This document shows positions 26,978 through 39,409 of a stretch of 64,000 nucleotides of DNA, piece by piece. How positions within the stretch are numbered: the stretch's first letter is position 1; every line of letters begins with the position of its first letter. The stretch comes from Octopus sinensis (Eukaryota): the NCBI RefSeq assembly GCF_006345805.1, contig NC_042997.1, positions 153,946,001-154,010,000 on the forward strand, written 5' to 3'. Made by a program: the position numbers and the translations under genes. The notes beneath the pieces are model-generated. The model had not been told where the DNA came from. It saw only the letters and a program-made list of their open reading frames with translations, and ran no database searches.

Positions 26978-28003
26978 AATGTTATATATATAATATAGTG
27001 GTTTGGCAAAAGAGACTGATAAAGTAAGTACCAGGCTTTTAAAAATCAAGTACTGGGGTCAATATATTCAACTAAAAAATTCAACACAGTGCTCCAGCAT
27101 GGCCACAGTCTAATAATTGAAACAAGTAAAAGATAAAATATAGAAGATATATATATACACCACACACACACACACAAAATATGTGTGTGTATGTATATAT
27201 ATGACAAAAAACAGTCTTCCATACTCTACCAACATGGAGGCAATCTGGGTCAACTTGACATCCACACTTTATCCAAGCACCCAAAGTACTCAATCCTCAG
27301 ACAAATACAGGAGTGCGTCCTCATAAATGAAACATCCCCAGTACTAAATAGGAAATATACATAGTAGGTAATCATACCCACAGTTTATATTTATATAGAT
27401 AGAATAGTTAGTGGACTGTTACATAGATGTATGTATGTGAGTGTGTATATATGTTTATGCACACGTATGTAAGCAAATGGATATGAATGTAAACAGATAG
27501 ACATACAGATGGATAGGTACATAGGCAATATGAACAGCAAGCACACATACACAAATAGAGGACTGAAACACATGACCATATACACATACACTTCACTTCA
27601 CGCAAGGACACATATAGAGACACACATCCACACATGGAGATACATAGTTTATAGTCACAAAAACCCACACACATGCACACATAAGGAGACAGGTACACAC
27701 GCACATAAAAACACAAATACATGAATATGCAGAATACATATATACATATGCACACACATGCATACACAAACTTGCATGCATGCATACATACATGATGTAT
27801 GCGCACACACATGCACAAACAAACAAAAAGAACACAGCTCGGATAATGGACAGAGTCAATGACTATTGAAAAGGTTTCAAGACGCAACGAAAATTTTATG
27901 AAAAATAAATAAGTAAATGAGTGGAACTTTACTGGTGAGTGTGTTAAATAATAAGGCACTAAAAGAAAATGACTCTCCCCAGACACAACAGAATATATAT
28001 ATA

Positions 28004-28044
<41 letters not shown>

Positions 28045-28048
28045 ATAT

Positions 28049-28404
28049 CTCTTTTACTTGTTTCAGTCATTTGACTGCGGCCATGCTGGAGCACCGCCTT
28101 TACTCGGCAACTCGACCCCGGGACTTATTCTTTTGTAAGCCCAGTACTTATTCTATCGGTCTCTTTTGCCGAACCGCTAAGTAACGGGGACATAAACACA
28201 CCAGCATCGGTTGTCAAGCAATGCTAGGGGGACAAACAGACACACGCATATATATCAGTTTCCGTCTACCAAATCCACCCACAAGGCTTTGGTCAGCCCG
28301 AGACTATAGTAGAAGACACTTGCCCAAGGTGCCACGCAGTGGGACTGAACCCAGAACCATGTTGTTGGTAAACAAGCTACTTACCACACAGCCACTCCTG
28401 TGCC
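28049..28404 (-). mobile_element. SINE family A
   Basis: Full copy; its head abuts the RTE TSD. Confidence 0.9.
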
Positions 28405-28413
28405 TATGTAATA

Positions 28414-30905
28414 TCATCATCATCGTTTAACGTCCGTTCTCCATGCTAGCATGGGTTGGACGGTTCGACCGGGGATCTGGGAAGCTAGAAGGCTGCACCA
28501 GGCTCCGGTCTTATCTGGCAATGTTTCTACAGCTGGATGCCCTTCCTAACGCCAACCACTCCGTGAGTGTAGTGGGTGCTTTTTACGTGCCACCTGCACT
28601 GGTGCCAGGCGAGGCTGGCATCGGCCACGGTCGGATTGGTGCATTTTACGTGCCACCTGCACGGAAGCCAGTCGAGGCGGCATTGGCTTCGGCCACGATT
28701 CGGATGGTGCTTTTTACGTATCTCCAGTCCAGGGGTCCTGGCATCTGCCGGGTGCCAGTCATAGGATTGGTTCAATTTCGATTCCGATTTCACTTGCCCT
28801 AACAGGTCTTCGCAAGCAAAGGGGGGTTGCCATAGGTGCCTGTCGTCGGATGAGGTTCGATATCGACTTCGCTTGCCTCAACAGGTCTTTGTGTGTCCAA
28901 GGGAGGAAAGGCATGCATAAGTGGGCTGGACTCACTTGCCCTGCCTGGTCTTTTCACGCACAGCATATTTCCAAAGGTCTCGGTCGCTGGTCATTTCCTC
29001 AGTGAGACCTAAAGTTCGAAGGTCGTGCTTCACCACCTCGTCCCAAGTTTTCCTGGGTCTACCTCTTCCACGGGTTCCCTCCACTGTTAGGGATTGGCAC
29101 TTTTTCACACACCTATCTTCATCCATTCTTGCCACATGACCATACCAGCGCAATCGTCTCTCTTGCACACCACAACTGATGCTCCTTAGGTCCAACATTT
29201 CTCTCAGGGTACTAACGCTCTGTCGAGCATGCACACTGACATTACACATCCGTCGGAGCATACTGGCTTCATTTGTCGCGAGCTTACGCATGTCCTCAGC
29301 AGTCACGGCCCATATTTCACTGCCATGTAGCATGGCTGTTCGTACACATGCATCATACAGTCTGCCTTTTACTCTGAGCGAGAGGCCTTTAGTCACCAGC
29401 AGAGGTAAGAGCTCCCTAAACTTTTGCCCAGGCTATTCTTACTCTAGCCGTTACACTTTCAGCACACCCACCCCCACTACTGACTTGGTCACCAAGATAA
29501 CGGAAGCTATCAACTACTTCTAGTTTTTTCCCCCTGGAAAGTGACGGAAGTTGTTTTCTGCAGATTTTCAGAGGTTAATGCTCCCGAGCATCTGCCACAT
29601 ACAAAAACCATCTTCCTAGTTAGCCTTCCTATGACATTGTTGCACCTCTTATGTGTCCATAGCTTACACTTGGTGCATCTTATAGAGTTTCTACCTACAC
29701 CTTTTCTACAGATCGAGCAGGGCCATCTACCTGAAGGTGTTTGTGATTTGTCTACCTTCCTACTTATTACGACTTTGGTTTTAGCTAGATTGACTCTAAG
29801 GCCCTTCGATTCTAAACCTTGCTTCCACACCTGAAACTTCTTCTCCAGTTCTGATAGTGACTCAGCAATTAGAGCAAGGTCATCAGCATAGAGGAGCTCC
29901 CAAGGGCATCCTGTCTTGAATTCCTCCGTTATTGCCTGGAGGACTATGATAATAGGAGGGGGCTGAGGACTGAGCCTTGGTGGACCCCTACCTCTACCCG
30001 GAATTCTTCACTGTACTCGTTGCCAACCCTCACCTTACTAGCAGCGTCCCTGTACATGGCTCGCACAGCTCTCACTAACCATTCATCTATTCCTAGTTTC
30101 CTCATTGACCACCAGATGAGGGATCGGGGGACCCTGTCGAAGGCTTTCTCCATGTCAGCAAAAGCCAGGTACAGGGGCTTATCTTTGGCTAGGTATTTCT
30201 CCTGCAGCTGCCTTACCAGGAATATAGCATCAGGGGTACTTTTCCCTGGCACGAACCCAAACTGCATCTCATCTAAACTAACTCTCTCTCTAATTAGTTG
30301 GCTTATGACCCTCTCTGTAACCTTCATCACCTGATCCAACAGCTTGATACCTCTGTAATTATTTGTATCTAGGGCATCACCATTACCTTTGTAGCAGTTG
30401 ACTATTATGCTGCTACACCAGTCATTGGGTATGACTCCTTCATGTATCACCTGTTTAACTATACGGGTGACTAGGCTATAGCCGACACTACCAGATATTT
30501 TGAGCATCTCTGCAGTGATACCTGATGGGCCTGGGGCTTTCCCTGTCTTCATGCTTCTAATTGCCTTAACTACCAAGGAACTATCAACCCTGATAGCTGG
30601 TCCCTCTGTTGGGTCAACGTTCAGCAGACTCTCTTTATCCCATTCATTTTCTTTATTCAGCAACCTTTCATAGTGGCGTCGCCAAGCCTCTCTCTTTGCA
30701 TCCTCGTTTAGCGCAAGTGAACCATCTTCCATGCGAACACACTTCTCTCCTACCACATCACAATTCTCTCTCACACACTGTCTTGCAACGCGAAACACCT
30801 CCAGTCTTTGGTCCTCACGGTGCAGAACATTGGCAAATTTTTTCTTATCTGCTTCCCCTCTGGCTAGATAGACCTGTCTCCTAGCTTCCCTTTTAGCAGT
30901 CTGAT
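28414..30905 (-). mobile_element. 5'-truncated RTE-clade LINE (RT pseudogene with PHD-like finger)
   Basis: RT motifs QFGFVPGKST, DMEKAFDRVP, GVHQGSVLSP and YADD (29879-29890). At least 3 frameshifts (~29951, ~29530, ~29425). (GAT)n 3' tail. 9-bp TSD TATGTAATA at 28405-28413 and 30906-30914. Confidence 0.95.
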
Positions 30906-30930
30906 TATGTAATAAATATAATACAATATA

Positions 30931-31551
30931 CAGGGTGCGATGGGTAAATCTTCATTTTATATTTTTAATTTCACACAGTGCACCATTTGTTTTTGATTTT
31001 GTTGACTACACAGTATTGTAGGGTTGGTTGGGCACCATCTTTGATTAAAGCAGCACTATGATGCAATTCTCTCTGCCTAGAATTTGGAAATGACATGCTG
31101 TACTGCTTGGTATTCATATTGGAAGTTCCAATATGAACATTTCAGAGTGTTTGGTTGTCAATCTGAAAACAGTCCAGAGGATTTGGAAAAAGTTGGATGA
31201 GTCTAGTGGTGATTACAAAGGTACAACAGCTCAGAAAACACACTCTGATCGTTCTGATAAGAAAATAACTCCTGAATTTGTTGGTGATGACAATGATTGA
31301 CAACGATTCCTCCAAGTCAATCAGGTTCATCGTCAGCGAGATATCTTTACTCTCTTTACTCTTTTACTTGTTTCAGTCATTTGACTACAGCCATGCTGGA
31401 GCACTGCCTTTATTCGAGCAAATCAACCCCAGGACTTATTCTTTGTAAGCCCAGTACTTATCCTATCGGTCTCTTTTGCCGAACCGCTAAGTGACGGGGA
31501 TGTAAACACACCAGCATCGGTTGTCAAGCAATGCTAGTGGGACAGACACAG

Positions 31552-31582
<31 letters not shown>

Positions 31583-32632
31583 CATACATATATACGACAG
31601 GCTTCTTTCAGTTTCTGTCTACCAAATCCACTCACAAGGCATTGGTCGGCCCGGGGCTATAGCAGAAGACACTTGCCAAAGATGCCACGCAGTGGGACTG
31701 AACCCGGAACCATGTGGTTGGTAAACAAGCTACTTACCACACAGCCACTCCTGCGCCTGTGTGTCTGAGTTTCTTATCAGGCAAGTAGTGCATGAAAACA
31801 TTCAGTATACCTCATACAAGATGAGAAAGGGCCAATTTTTTTTCCCAAGCCATCAAGGACAAGAGGAAAGACCACACTACAAAGCTTTTGAACAAACTCA
31901 AGCATCCCCTCCAACTGAACATGCTTTGGTTTTTCTCGGACGAGAGAATTTCTGCCAGGATCAGATGGTGAACACACAGAACAACTGTTGGCTTGTCGTG
32001 TCCCCAAAACATGTACGGAAAGTGATAAAAATCAAACATCCAGTCAACATCATGGTGTCCGGAGTGATCACTAGTGATGGCAACATTATGCTTCCACTCA
32101 TCTTCCCACATGGCTTCAGACTCTACACAGAGGCTTACATCAAGTGCTTGGAGGAGGTATTGCTGCCCTGGATTAAAAGGGTAGCTACTGGAAGACCCTG
32201 TGTCTGGCAACAGGACTCTGCACAATGCCACACAATCAGGAGAGCCGAGTCATGGCTGTCAGACAATTTCTGCAACCACATCACCCCTAACAACTGGCCA
32301 CCTAACTCTCCAGACTGGAACGCCCTTGATTATTATGTGTTGGGTGCAGTTGAACAAGTGACCAACAAAATTCCTTCTAACACTAAAGATGAACTGGAGG
32401 CAAGGATTATGGTAGCATTCACCAACTTAAACAAGGAGACCATCCAGAAAAGTTGCAGGAGATTCCAAAGCTATCTGGAGGTGTGGTTGAGGCCAATGGA
32501 GATTTTATTGAATAACTTCACTCTTTAGTATTTCAAGATATTTTTATGTAATTTTGGTAAATATGTCTTAAAATGAGATGTCAGTGTTATTTTCATTTTT
32601 GCTTTAGAGAACAATTTATTTACCACACGCTG
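30931..32632 (+). mobile_element. Tc1/mariner maT-type (DD37D) transposon, frameshifted and interrupted by a SINE
   Basis: TA-flanked TIRs (CAGGGTGCGATGGGTAAAT and a degenerate right copy). WFFSDE at 31927-31944 is followed by a 1-nt deletion. QQD and NALD are separated by 37 residues. WPPNSPD motif present. Confidence 0.9.
31345..31758 (-). mobile_element. SINE family A inserted in the maT transposon
   Basis: Full copy splitting the transposase N- and C-terminal parts. Confidence 0.9.
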
Positions 32633-32701
32633 TAAATATATGTTATATAATATATATACATATATGTATTTCTTATATGAATATATATTATATACATAGT
32701 A

Positions 32702-33027
32702 GAGGCGCAATGGCCCAGTGGGACTCACGGTCAGAGGATTGTGGTTTTGATTCCCAGACTGGGCATATGTGTGTTTATTGAGCAGAAGTACCTAAATTTC
32801 CACAAGGCTCCGGCAGGGGGTGGTGGCGACCCCTGTTGTACTCTTTCACCTCAACTTTCTCTCACTCTTTCGCCTCAACTTTCTCTCACTCTTTCTTCCT
32901 GTTTCTTGAGTAACGCTGCGAAGGACTGGCATCCCGTCCAGCTGGGGGGAACACATATACCATAGAAACCGAGAAACCAGGCCCATGAGTCTGGCTAGGC
33001 TTGAAAAGGGCGCATAAATAAAAAAAA
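32702..33027 (+). mobile_element. SINE family C, tail type 3
   Basis: Same head and body; 3' module GGACTGGCATCCCGTCCAG...AATAAAAAAA. Confidence 0.85.
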
Positions 33028-33063
33028 TTATATACATAATATAATAAGTATATAATATATATA

Positions 33064-33410
33064 CATCATCATCATTTAGCATCCGCTTTCCATGCTAGCA
33101 TGGGTTGGACAGTTCAACTGGGGTCTGGGAAACCAGAAGGCTTCACCAGGCCCAGTTTGATCTGGCAATGTTCCTACGGCTGGATGTCCTTCCTAACACC
33201 AACCACTCCGTGAGTGTAGTGGGTGCTTTTTACGTGCCACCGGCACAGGTGCCAGGGGAGGCTGGCAACAGCCACGATCGGATGGTGCTTTTTACGTGCC
33301 ACCGGCACGAGGCCAGTCGGGGCGGCGCTGGCAACGGCCACGTTAGGATGGTTCTCTTACGTATCACCGGCACTGGTATCACAGCTGCAATTTCCATTGA
33401 TGTTGATCGA
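33064..33410 (-). mobile_element. RTE 3'-UTR-only copy
   Basis: Matches 28414-28800, including the CATCATCAT tail. Confidence 0.8.
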
Positions 33411-33458
33411 ATATATATATATATATATATATAGATACATATATATATTCATATACAT

Positions 33459-33558
33459 TTAATAATTAAGGGTACTAACAAGCAGTACCAGCATGCTAAA
33501 TATAGCAGTCAAAATGACCAAATCACAAATTTTCACTGTTAGTAACCTTAATTATTAA
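33459..33558. mobile_element. 100-bp mini-MITE
   Basis: 22-bp TIRs at 33459-33480 and 33537-33558, one mismatch. Confidence 0.6.
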
Positions 33559-33897
33559 CTGATAATCTTTTGCCGTTATGGGATTTTTATGCATGCTGAA
33601 CCACTGATATTATCATGAACAATAATACCCTCATATATATATATATATACAAAATAAGAAAATGGAGAAATATATCTAAATCATTCATCAACTATCAGAT
33701 AATACCGAATCATATACTTTATTAAAACACTACACAAGAGCATTAAGATTAGACATTAATACAGTACAATAATTACAATCAATATAATAAGATATAACTA
33801 AATAAATATAACAAGATATAAAAATACATATACATTCTCTAGCAGTATATTGGATATATGTTATCCCATGGAGGGTTGAATTTACAACCCCTATCTC

Positions 33898-33950
<53 letters not shown>

Positions 33951-34062
33951 ATCATGTCAAAGGGAAATGGAATTTAATTAAAATTAAAACATTCAATCAA
34001 AGTTTACATTTCCAGTGGTCTAACATGCATATAAAATTAGTCAAGAAGACTATATATTAGTC

Positions 34063-34297
34063 ATATGATATAGTGTATATTTAAACACATAAGGAATTCA
34101 CTTATAGGGAATTCAGCACGCTAGAAAGGACAGCTGGGTTCTGTAAACCACAAAAATAACGGATAGAATTTGACAGGAATAAATTTGGAAATGAAAAACA
34201 TTTACCATCTAGTACCCTGGTACTAGCTGTTCTCTCTAGCATGTTGAATTCCCTTTAAGTGGATTCCTTATGTGTTTAAATATACACTATATCATAT
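34063..34297. mobile_element. MITE with 73-bp TIRs
   Basis: 34063-34135 vs 34225-34297, about 6 mismatches, TA-rich flanks. Confidence 0.85.
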
Positions 34298-34581
34298 ATA
34301 TATATATATGAGGATATTATTGGCACAGGAGTGGCTGTGTGGTAAGTAGCTTGCTTACTTCCCACTGCGCATGAGCTGTTTGTTGTCAGTGTGCGCATGC
34401 GTTGTTGTGTTGTGCATATCACTGAAGGAGATAGCCAGTGAAAAAGTTGCCCAGCTGTAAGATTAGGCTTTTGTTTTTTGGGTCCAGTGGGGGTTTGTTG
34501 TTTGTGGTAATATTTTTACAAGCAAGGAGTCCTCGCTGGATTCTAGTCTGCCTGCAGTTGGGATAAGATTGTTCACATTAA

Positions 34582-34793
34582 CTCTTTACTCTTTTACTTG
34601 TTTCAGTCATTTGACTGCAGCCATGCTGGAGCACCGCCTTAAATTGAGCAACTCGACCCCAGGACTTATTCTTTGTAAGCCCAGTACATGTTCTATAGGT
34701 CTCTTTTGCCGAACCGCTAAGTGAAGGGGACATAAACACACCAGCATGGATTGTCAAGCAATGCTAGGGGGACAAACACAGACACACAAACAT

Positions 34794-34855
<62 letters not shown>

Positions 34856-35280
34856 CTTTACTACCCACAAGGGGCTTAACACAGAGGTGACAAACAAGGA
34901 CAGACAAACGGATTAAGTCGATTACATAGACCCCAGTGCGTAACTGGTACTTAATTTATCGACCCCGAAAGGATGAAAGGCAAAGTCGACCTCGGCGGAA
35001 TTTGAACTCAGAATGTAACAGCAGACGAAATACGGCTACGCATTTCGCCCGGCGCGCTAACGATTCTGCCAGCTCGCCGCCTATGTATATATATACATAT
35101 ACATATACATATATACAACGGGTTTCTTTCAGTTTCCGCCTACCAAATCCACTCACAAGGCTTTGGTCAGCCCAAAGGCTATAGTAGAAGACACTTGCCC
35201 AAGATGCCATGCAGTGGGACTGAACACGGAACCATGTGGTTCGTAAGCAAGCTACTTACCACACAGCCACTCCTTTGCCT
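34582..35280 (-). mobile_element. SINE family A with nested family B copy (34851-35082)
   Basis: ATTAA duplicated at 34577-34581 and 35281-35285. The family B copy sits in the internal TA tract. Confidence 0.9.
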
Positions 35281-35852
35281 ATTAAGTGAATATTTTTTCT
35301 CATTGTGAGAAGTGTTGTTTGGTGGGCATGTCTCGCCACCAAAATTTGTGAAAATTGTGAAAATTCAGCAAATTTGTGGTGGATTTTTTGTGCGTTCTTG
35401 CTGCTACTGTGACCTGGAGTACCTGTGTGGAGTACCATTTTTTCGGACTACCTGTTGGCCAGGATTACAAAGTGGCCGGAATTGTGTTGCCATGTCTTGA
35501 ACTCTCTTCCTCATTCTTTTTCTCTACTTTGTCTTTCTGGGGGGGTTTTTTGTGATTTTGACTCTGTTTGGACTTCTTGGTTGAACATTTTTTGGACTGT
35601 CCCGTCTTTTCTGCAAGCATGGCAAAAAAGATAAATACTTCATTTGAAGTGGGAGATTGTACCCGCCAAGCAGTGGGTAAAAGACTTCAATGAGAGAATG
35701 GTGGTGTTGAGGAGGGATTCCAAGTCTCTCAACACCATCACTGTGTTCTCTCAAATTGAAATTGAGAAAGTGCGTGAGATCATAACTCGTGGCCTATGCC
35801 AGAGGTGTAACCAGCTCAAAGTATCTGGCAGTGTTGGCTCTAACCTAGTCAC

Positions 35853-35893
<41 letters not shown>

Positions 35894-35896
<3 letters not shown>

Positions 35897-37647
35897 TCAT
35901 CATCATCATCGTTTAACGTCTGTTTTCCATGGTAGCATGGGTTGGATGGTTCGACCGGAATTTGGGAAGCCAGGAGGCTGCACCAGGCTCCAGTCTGATC
36001 TAGCTGTGTTTCTACAGCTGGATGCCATTCCTAACACCAACCACTCCGTGAATGTAGTGGGTGCTTTTTACGTGCCAGGGGAGGCTGGCAATGGCCACGA
36101 TCAGTTGGTGCTTTTTACATGCCACCGACACAGAAGCCAGTCAAGGCGGCGTTGGCATCAGCCACATGCAGGTGGTGCATTTTACATGCCACTGGCACAG
36201 GTATCACAACTACAATTTCCATTTGATTTTTTGATGTTGATGTACTTGACTCAATAGGTCTCCTCAAGCACAGTAGGTTGCCCTACGATCCAAGGTAAGC
36301 ACAGCAGGCCGTCCTGCAATCCAAGGCACTTTGGATGGACTGGGGCTTCTATCTGAAGCTGGTGCAGGAAACAGCCATGAACTCACGTTATTTGTCAGGT
36401 CTTCACAGTCACAGCATATCTCCGGAGGTCTCGGTCTTTTGTCATTGCCTGTGTGAGACCCAATGTTCAAAGGTCATGCTTGACCACCTCATCCCATGTC
36501 TTCCTGGGTCTATCTCTATCCCGGATTCCTTGAACTGTTTGGAAGTGGCACTTCTTCACACATCTCTCCTCATCCATCCGTAGTACATGACCATACCAGT
36601 GCAGATGTCTCTCTTGCATACCACATCCAATGCTTCTTATGTCCAGCATTTCTTTCAGGGCACTTACACTCTATCATGTATGCACACTGGCATTACACAT
36701 CCAGCGGATCATGCTAGCTTCATTTCTTTCAAGCCTACGCATGTCCTCTGCAGTCACAGCCCATGTTTTGCTACCGTGAAGCATGGCGGTTTGCACACAT
36801 GCATCGTGCAATCTATCTTTCACTCTGAGCAAGAGAGCCTTCATCACCAGTATGAGTAGGAGCTTTCTAAACTTTGCCCAGGCTATCCTTATTCTAGTGG
36901 TAACACTCTCTGTGCATCCATCCCCACTACTAACTTGGTCACCTAGGTAGCGGAAACTATCAACTACTTCTAGTTTCTTCCCTGGGAGTGTAATGAAATC
37001 TGTTTTCTGAGTATCAATGGTGTCTATTGCCCCTGTGCACCTGCTGCACACAAAAGCTGTCTTCTTGGTTAATTTTCCTTTGATGGTGCTGCACCTCTTA
37101 TGTATCCATAGTTTACACTGGGTACATGTTATGGAGCTTCTACCTACACCTTTCTACAGATTGAGCAGGGCTACCTACCTGAAGGGGTGTGTGGTCTGTT
37201 TGCCTTCCTACTTACTAGAACTTTGGTCTTTGCTACATTGACTCTAAGGCCTTTTGAATCTAAACCTAGCTTCCACACCCCAAATTTTTTTTTGTAGTTC
37301 CGATAGTGATTCTGCTATGAGGGCCAGGTCATCAGCATAGAGGAGCTGCCAGGGGCAACCAGTCTCGAATTCCTCTGTTATTGCCTGGAGGACTATAATG
37401 AATAAAAGGAGACTGAGGGCTGAACCTTGGTAGACCCCTACTTCTACCCGGAAGTATGGATACATAACAGGCGCAGCACCATCAAAAGAAAATTAACCGA
37501 GAAGACAGCTTTTGTGTGCAGCAGATGCACAGGGGCAATAAACACCATTGATACTCAGGAAACAGATTCCATTACACTCCTGGGGAAGAAACTAGAAACA
37601 CTATACTCATTGCCAATCCTAACCTTGCTGGCGGCCTCTCTGTATAG
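35894..37647 (-). mobile_element. Second, more decayed RTE LINE copy with an internal inverted duplication
   Basis: Same 3' UTR and (GAT)n tail. GVYQGSALS and LLYADD motifs. 37465-37597 is an inverted copy of 36968-37100. Confidence 0.9.
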
Positions 37648-37919
37648 GGCATATGTGTTCATCTTTCTGAATATATGTTGGTATATGTTTCTATGTGTAA
37701 CTCTATATTTATACATTTGTATATACGTATATCCATGTCAAGCCTAGTTGTGTTTATGTACATCATCACCTACATACATATATATCTGTGGGGGTGTTTT
37801 ACTTATACTTTAGCTTTGCTATGTAAACTTGTAGCCCATTGATTCCAGATTTTATTTCCATTTCTAGAATTCCTTCTCTAACCTTATTACAGTTTTAGCT
37901 ATTAGAATGAGATCATCCA

Positions 37920-38170
37920 TAAGTCAGGATTCCCAGAAGCACTCAGTCTTAAACACCTCTATTATGGCTAAGAGGATCTTGATAAATAGAATGGTATGAG
38001 TACTGAGCCTTGGTGGATCCCTATCAGTACACTATATCTTCTGCTGTACTTGTTGCTAAATCATCAACTTACTGAGAGCACTCTGGCAAATGGTTTGTGT
38101 GGCCATCACAAGGCATTTCGAATTACTCAGAAGATTATTGAGTGGAGGACTCTGTTGAAGGCTTTCTACA
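37920..38170 (-). mobile_element. Old RTE RT fragment
   Basis: Minus-strand KAFNRVLHSIIF and GIHQGSVLIP, degenerate versions of the RTE RT motifs. Confidence 0.55.
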
Positions 38171-38204
38171 GGCAGCAGTTTACTCTTATATGTATATATA
38201 TATA

Positions 38205-38403
38205 TATTTCTTTACTACCCACAAAGGGCTAAACACAGAGGGGACAAACAAGGACAGACAAATGGATTAAGTCGATTATATCAACCCCAGTGCATAACTG
38301 GTAATTAATTTATCGACCCTGAAAGGATGAAAGGCAAAGTCGACCTCGGCAGAATTTGAACCCAGAATGTAATGGCAGATAAAATACAGCTATGCATTTC
38401 GCC

Positions 38404-38407
<4 letters not shown>
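38205..38407 (-). mobile_element. Family B SINE
   Basis: Body match, truncated at a (TA)n tract. Confidence 0.85.
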
Positions 38408-38481
<74 letters not shown>

Positions 38482-38699
38482 GTGTGTGTGTGTGCACACA
38501 TGTATATGTTCGTGTGTGTGTGTGTGAATGTATGTATGTATGTATGTGTGTATGTCTGTATGCTATCTAGTTTAAATTTCTAGATTTCATGACAATGGAG
38601 AAAGGTCCAGTTTCTAACCTAGACCCAAAGATCCTTCATAGGAATTTCAACAACATCAACAGGGCTGTTATGTGTATATTCGCAGGTAGTTGATGTCAG

Positions 38700-39090
38700 T
38701 AAATGTGCAAGTCTGTATATTTTGTTTTATGAATATGTAGCCAATGCCAGTGACAAGTGAAAAGGACCTATCGAGTGTTGGGCCTCATGGAGGCAATGAT
38801 GAATGACCAAGACCTTTGGCATTATGCTGTGCTTGAGTAGAAAACCCATCAAGCTAAGTAATATCACAGATGAGGCAGATACTGGTGTCACACAAATGGC
38901 ACACATGTTGGTGGCACATAAAAACACCTATTATACTCTCAGAGTGGTTGGCATTAGGAAGGACATCCAGCTGTTGAAACCATGCCAAATCAGACTGAGT
39001 CTGATGCAGCCTTCCAGCTTGCCAGCCCTGGTCAAACCTTCCAACCCATGCCAGCATGGACAACAGATGTAAAATGATGGTGATGATGAT
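38700..39090 (+). mobile_element. RTE 3'-UTR-only copy, opposite orientation
   Basis: Ends CCAACCCATGCCAGCATGG...GATGATGAT, the reverse complement of the RTE 3' end. Confidence 0.75.
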
Positions 39091-39139
39091 CATGTACTCA
39101 TACATATAGCTACATGCCTAGGCATGTAGTAAAATAAAA

Positions 39140-39390
39140 GCAAAATTCCTTCCTGAGTCATGTTGACTCATAGAGTCAGTTTCCCGGTTCCCATGATATA
39201 CATAAGCCTTGCCTGAATGGGACACTAGTCTGTTGCAAGATTACTCATTTTTGCAGTGGAATGGACCGGAGCAATGTGAAATGAAGCGTTTTGCTCAAGA
39301 ACACAATGCATCACCCAGTCCAGGAACTGAAACCACAATCATACACTCATTAGTCCAACACCCTAACCACTTAGCCACATGCTTCCACAG
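39140..39390 (-). mobile_element. Deu-like-domain SINE family D (other copies ~8115-8295 and ~59560-59750)
   Basis: TACTCATTTT(T)GC-AG-TG-A-TGGA...GAAAT-AAG...TTGCTCAAG-ACAC shared among copies. Confidence 0.65.
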
Positions 39391-39409
39391 TGTATATGTA
39401 CATATATAC

